Shown in pieces: positions 16,729 to 20,000 of a DNA stretch of 20,000 nucleotides. This DNA comes from an uncultured virus (IMG/VR IMGVR_UViG_3300027710_000024). Lineage: Duplodnaviria > Heunggongvirae > Uroviricota > Caudoviricetes. The notes below the pieces were generated by a model, which was not told where the DNA came from, did no database searches, and saw only the letters and a list, made by a program, of their open reading frames with translations. The stretch's first letter is position 1; each line of letters opens with the position of its first letter. The DNA lies in the IMG/VR virus record IMGVR_UViG_3300027710_000024; one strand, 5' to 3'. The position numbers were made by a program, and so were the translations under genes.

Positions 16729-17010
16729 TTGAGATAAGTAGGAGACACACTGAATTACGTACGGAATTATCGGGAGGCTCACTCTCCAGTGATCTCTTGC
16801 ATCGTCAAGGTCTGCCTATAGTTGCGCATTCCATAGGCTCAACGAACAGCGTGAGAGGGCTAACATTTCCCACGGGGCGTCTCTTACCCCACGCTGGCCA
16901 TCCAGATTGTTTCTTCATACCCTTAATCATTCCGATATAGCCTCCAGAATGATTCGTGTATCCTCAGTGACAATCGTGCTTCTCTCCAGTGTATCTCCTG
17001 CCTATCTCAA
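16729..17010 (-). ncRNA. ~280-nt structured RNA closed by a 24-bp stem
   Basis: Arms 16729-16752 and 16987-17010 (2 G-U and 1 mismatch on the minus strand); internal stems CAGCGTG/CACGCTG, GCCTAT/ATAGGC and AATCATTC/GAATGATT. Confidence 0.6.
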
Positions 17011-17034
17011 ATCTTTTTCGGGGGAAATTTAGGG

Positions 17035-17064
17035 TGAGCAGTTTGTCTCCTCTTACTCAGGAGG
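17035..17064 (-). ncRNA. Compact H-type pseudoknot, copy 2
   Basis: CCTC-CTGAGTAA-GAGG-AGACAAAC-TGCTCA. Confidence 0.6.
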
Positions 17065-17094
17065 CGTATCCCCTCCTATAGGGGCACGATTGCT

Positions 17095-17346
17095 TTATTT
17101 TACGGGGCGTAGATAGCCATTGGTTTTGCGGTAAGCGTAGATACGTTGTCTAATAGCGCGGGGATTTGGGTAATCTATTGCTGTTGCTATGTGCTGTATC
17201 ATAATTCCGTCATCTACTAGGGATACTAATAGACTATCGAACTCATTAGCTTTGCTATCTCTTTTGCCGTGGTTACCTCTTGTTGTGCTGATATCAGGCA
17301 TCAACTCTCTGAGCCTGTCGATATGCTGGCGATGTATGGTTTTCAT
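17095..17346 (-). CDS. Small basic protein, possible helix-turn-helix
   Basis: LVDDGIMIQHIATAIDYPNPRAIRQRI has HTH-like spacing; no SD, with the 12-mer sitting upstream instead. Confidence 0.5.
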   Translation of the reverse strand: MKTIHRQHIDRLRELMPDISTTRGNHGKRDSKANEFDSLLVSLVDDGIMIQHIATAIDYPNPRAIRQRIYAYRKTNGYLRPVK

Positions 17347-17364
17347 CGGGCGTGTTTGTGTTGG

Positions 17365-17559
17365 TTACGACTCGTCGATACAGTCTGTAACATATCTATC
17401 GGTATAGATGACGATTTGTCCATCATTATCAATCTCTGTGCCACAATAGTCGGCAAGTTCAGAGATCATATAATCAATAGACATATAGCGGCGTGAGACA
17501 TACCAGGTGATGCCCGCTGTGAGCATCATCAGGAGCAGAGTAAATCCGTTAAAGAACAT
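17365..17559 (-). CDS. Small membrane-anchored hypothetical protein
   Basis: N-terminal hydrophobic helix FTLLLMMLTAGITWYV. Confidence 0.65.
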   Translation of the reverse strand: MFFNGFTLLLMMLTAGITWYVSRRYMSIDYMISELADYCGTEIDNDGQIVIYTDRYVTDCIDES

Positions 17560-17560
17560 A

Positions 17561-17713
17561 TTAAATCACCACTGCCATCTCTTCTTTGATGAAAGCATAG
17601 GCATTAGCACAGGTATAGCAATACCTTTCGGTGGGGATACCTCCTAGTATAAATGCTGCGGTTCCGCTATGAACTAGGTCGGTGTTGTTACAGCCTTTGA
17701 CCTGACACTTCAT
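17561..17713 (-). CDS. 50-aa Cys microprotein (MKCQVKGC...YCYTC...), not in the ORF track
   Basis: Cx4C and CxxC; TAATG coupling with the upstream ORF. Confidence 0.65.
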   Translation of the reverse strand: MKCQVKGCNNTDLVHSGTAAFILGGIPTERYCYTCANAYAFIKEEMAVVI

Positions 17714-17877
17714 TATGAGCCTGCTTTCAGGCGAGGATTGTCAATACGGACTAGCTTGTGCTTGTTGCGTCGTTCGTTATACACAAGAGTCCAGATTTTC
17801 TTTTTCCAAGCCTTGCCATTGGGACGATTGGCTCCTGTTTGAACTTTGACAGGAGTTGAACTACCTTTTTTAGCCAC
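17713..17877 (-). CDS. 54-aa highly basic microprotein (MAKKGSSTPVKVQTGANRPNGKAWKKK...), not in the ORF track
   Basis: TAAGGAGG SD before the GTG. Confidence 0.7.
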   Translation of the reverse strand: MAKKGSSTPVKVQTGANRPNGKAWKKKIWTLVYNERRNKHKLVRIDNPRLKAGS

Positions 17878-17956
17878 GAACCCTCCTTAGATTAGGTTGG
17901 GCACCAAAGACTATCTTTACGCAAGAACTTTGCAACTTTGATGCCCGTTACTCCGC

Positions 17957-18042
17957 CGAGATGGGGAGTGAGAGATACACAGGCCAGACATACTTTACCG
18001 TTTAAGTTATACACACCTGTGTATCTTCCGCCACCCATATCG
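17957..18042 (-). ncRNA. Paralogous stem-loop element B
   Basis: 27-nt arms at 17957-17983 and 18016-18042. Confidence 0.65.
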
Positions 18043-18077
18043 AAGCCAGCCCACGATATTTAAATTAAAAAGGCAAT

Positions 18078-18114
18078 AAAAAAAGGGGAGACCGTAGTTA
18101 CACAGTCTCCCCTT
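18078..18114 (-). terminator. Intrinsic terminator
   Basis: AAGGGGAGACTG, loop, CGGTCTCCCCTTTTTTT on the minus strand after ORF 18124..18369. Confidence 0.85.
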
Positions 18115-18123
18115 GATCTATGA

Positions 18124-18369
18124 CTAAGAGATAACTAACTCCTCTTTGTCGAATACTTCTAGCAGGTCAGAGGCTAGTTCAATCTCCGCACCTATTGGAG
18201 ATGTAGCCTTGAGATGCCGTAGGTAGGTAATCATCGTGTCGAACTTGGTCATCTTACCCACAGCACTAGTGATGATTCCGGCCTTTTTTTCGGGGGAGCA
18301 TAAGCAATCCCCGTTATATATCTCTACCAGATGAATACTAGTAGGGATAGAGTCGTTTAGAGACGACAT
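18124..18369 (-). CDS. Hypothetical protein
   Basis: 81 aa, AAGGGAG SD. Confidence 0.7.
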   Translation of the reverse strand: MSSLNDSIPTSIHLVEIYNGDCLCSPEKKAGIITSAVGKMTKFDTMITYLRHLKATSPIGAEIELASDLLEVFDKEELVIS

Positions 18370-18392
18370 AATAACTCCCTTAGTTATTACCC

Positions 18393-18489
18393 TCAGATAG
18401 AGGGTGAGAGATACATAGGGAAGGTAAGACCTACACGCTACCGTGAGCCTCAGTCTGGTTGTCCTATGTATCCTTCACCAACTACCTGA
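18393..18489 (-). ncRNA. Paralogous stem-loop element A
   Basis: 27-nt arms at 18393-18419 and 18463-18489. Confidence 0.65.
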
Positions 18490-18633
18490 TAACAGGCAGC
18501 CGAACCCCTCCCAGACCTGGTGTTACAACTTGGGAGTGGTTTGCCTTCCCTGATAGTGGCTAAACAGCCATAACCAGACAGGGGTTTTATCCCCTGCCTG
18601 ATTAGAGTGGTTTAGACTCCTGCCGTGAAAGAA

Positions 18634-19200
18634 TTACTCAGAGAAAGAACCCTTGAGTAATAGATAGATAGGGAACAAGAGGTTCTTAGACTCTTGATCC
18701 ATATCCGCGCCTAGAGACTTCTCCAACGCCGACTTGAAAGCAGGAGTTGTTGAAGCGAGTGATGCCGCCGCTGCTTCTTTAGCAGCCTTGAGAGCAGCAG
18801 CCTTCTCAGCAGCAGCCGAAGCCTTGGCAGACAAGATGTCTACCGCGTCTGGGTTGCCTACGAGAGGCTTGATGTCTGTCCAGTCTACCTTTGTGAAGGC
18901 AGCAGCAATCTCAGCGTCTACGCCTGTGGCAATAAGAGCGCCGAGATAGATTGGCCGTTGGTAACCATTGGTGAGGAACTTCTTATCAACAGACTCTGAG
19001 TCTGTCTTATCCCCACGATTAGCCATAGCATTGACGACCAACTGACGGGTTGAGGTAAGGATTTCATCGACGCTACCGCCGTTGATAATGAAGTCCGCAA
19101 CATTGCGACGAACTTCTGGGGCAGCGAGGTTGGCATTACCAGCAACGAATACACCCTGCGACACTGTGTCGAGGGTCTGTGTCATTGTTTGTGTTGACAT
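18634..19200 (-). CDS. Hypothetical protein with an Ala/Lys-rich helix; first gene of the leftward block
   Basis: 188 aa, TAGGTAG upstream of the ATG. Confidence 0.75.
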   Translation of the reverse strand: MSTQTMTQTLDTVSQGVFVAGNANLAAPEVRRNVADFIINGGSVDEILTSTRQLVVNAMANRGDKTDSESVDKKFLTNGYQRPIYLGALIATGVDAEIAAAFTKVDWTDIKPLVGNPDAVDILSAKASAAAEKAAALKAAKEAAAASLASTTPAFKSALEKSLGADMDQESKNLLFPIYLLLKGSFSE

Positions 19201-19641
19201 AACTACCTAACTAGGTCATACATACTCCACCGCTTTGGTGGGTAGAGGTATGCCTGTGCGTGGCTAGGAATCGAACGAGTAAGGGATACTCCGTAAAGTT
19301 TATTCTTTACACTAGAGGGTAATAGATACCCCGCCACCAGACACACGCTAAGGCAGGAAGAACGGCAAGAAGCCACATTGGTATTTATTTACCAGAAAAT
19401 AAGTAAAAAAAATCCACACGAATAACACCCAAAAAATGGGCATAGTTATCCTGTGTGGTGTGGCGGGCTACATCATCACCGCCGTTCTGTAATGAATGGT
19501 ATTGACCTCCGATAACGACCCCTATGGGTTAAATGAAATCTATGAACCTTATCGCCAGGTGAGACAGGAGGCCATGACCTATATTGGGCAGGCAGTGGCT
19601 AAAAATTTTCAAGGTCGGGGGAATATTTGGCAGTGGCCCGG

Positions 19642-19650
19642 TGTTATGAT
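19642..19650 (+). promoter_or_regulatory. Putative extended -10 promoter for hsp20
   Basis: TG-T-TATGAT about 57 nt before the ATG. Confidence 0.4.
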
Positions 19651-19706
19651 TGGTTAGTCCTGCCAATCGGGGGACAATTAACTTATATCGTCTAAGGAGA
19701 TATATT

Positions 19707-20000
19707 ATGCACGTTGCTACCTATACACCAACTTCTGCCAATGCCTGGGTTGATAACCTACATAGCCGGGGGGTTGGATACACCTATCAGTTCAATATGC
19801 TTCAAGAAATTCTAAAGAAAGCTAATTCTGAGAAGTATCCTCCATATAACATTAGAGCTATCACCAAGGATCATTACATTGTCGAGGTCGCTCTAGCTGG
19901 ATTCAATAAAGATGCAATTACGGTTGAGGTCCAGGATCAAGTATTAAAAATCTCGGGGGAGGGTATCAATACAACTCTCTCACCTAGTGAATTTGACTAT
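19707..20000 (+). CDS. hsp20: Small heat-shock protein (Hsp20/alpha-crystallin), truncated by the window end; not in the ORF track
   Basis: TAAGGAG SD; translation contains KYPPYNI...YIVEVALAGF.K..I.VEV.D..L.ISG. Confidence 0.9.
   Translation, partial: MHVATYTPTSANAWVDNLHSRGVGYTYQFNMLQEILKKANSEKYPPYNIRAITKDHYIVEVALAGFNKDAITVEVQDQVLKISGEGINTTLSPSEFDY

Larger units (their letters stand above)
5260..19197. repeat. Dispersed, transcription-oriented 12-mer CCAACACAAACA (10 copies)
   Basis: + strand at 5260-5271. - strand at 6924-6935, 8304-8315, 10353-10364, 12284-12295, 14299-14310, 15188-15199, 16529-16540, 17353-17364 and 19186-19197 (11/12 match). Confidence 0.95.

Noticed and set aside
16950..16968. 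CTGAGGA...GAA on the minus strand as a hammerhead core
   Set aside because: No stem II, GAAT instead of GAAA, and no convincing flanking stems.
15701..17010. Long inverted arms as MITE/IS terminal repeats
   Set aside because: No target-site duplications or transposase, arms differ between elements, and strand-biased G-U pairs favour RNA structure.
13989..19154. + strand ORFs 13989, 15390, 15415, 15969, 16686, 17189, 17269 and 18734, and - strand ORF 18918..19154
   Set aside because: Against the local gene direction or nested; no good SD; several overlie structured RNA elements.
5260..19197. 12-mer or stem repeats as a CRISPR array
   Set aside because: Repeats are kilobases apart or variable, with no regular repeat-spacer period and no cas genes.

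Overview
Fragment of a large, roughly 40-45% GC (estimated by eye) dsDNA phage genome. The host is most likely an actinobacterium, inferred from the WhiB regulator, MSMEG_6728-type glycosylase and HicA-like protein. Positions 95-5224 form a + strand block: Pol-beta-type nucleotidyltransferase, HAD-like protein, degenerate TGT-barrel-like protein with a Cys cluster, class II ribonucleotide reductase and a very acidic peptide. This block converges on a ~14 kb - strand block (5326-19200) of early/accessory-type genes, including a MoxR AAA+/VWA pair, WhiB, a tRNA(CAT) and many microproteins. A divergent Hsp20 gene runs off the right end. The most striking signals are non-coding. (1) An asymmetric 12-mer, CCAACACAAACA, occurs 9 times exactly plus once with one mismatch, always in the transcribed sense, every ~0.8-2 kb, and inside ORFs in different frames. 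(2) A series of - strand RNA elements is closed by long (16-30 bp) stems with recurring GATA(C)/(G)TATC cores; two of them are paralogous with compensatory changes. (3) There are two covarying copies of a compact H-type pseudoknot. (4) A tRNA top-half minihelix lies upstream of moxR. Together these suggest an undescribed RNA-processing or transcription-control system. All protein calls are from motif recognition, not database searches.
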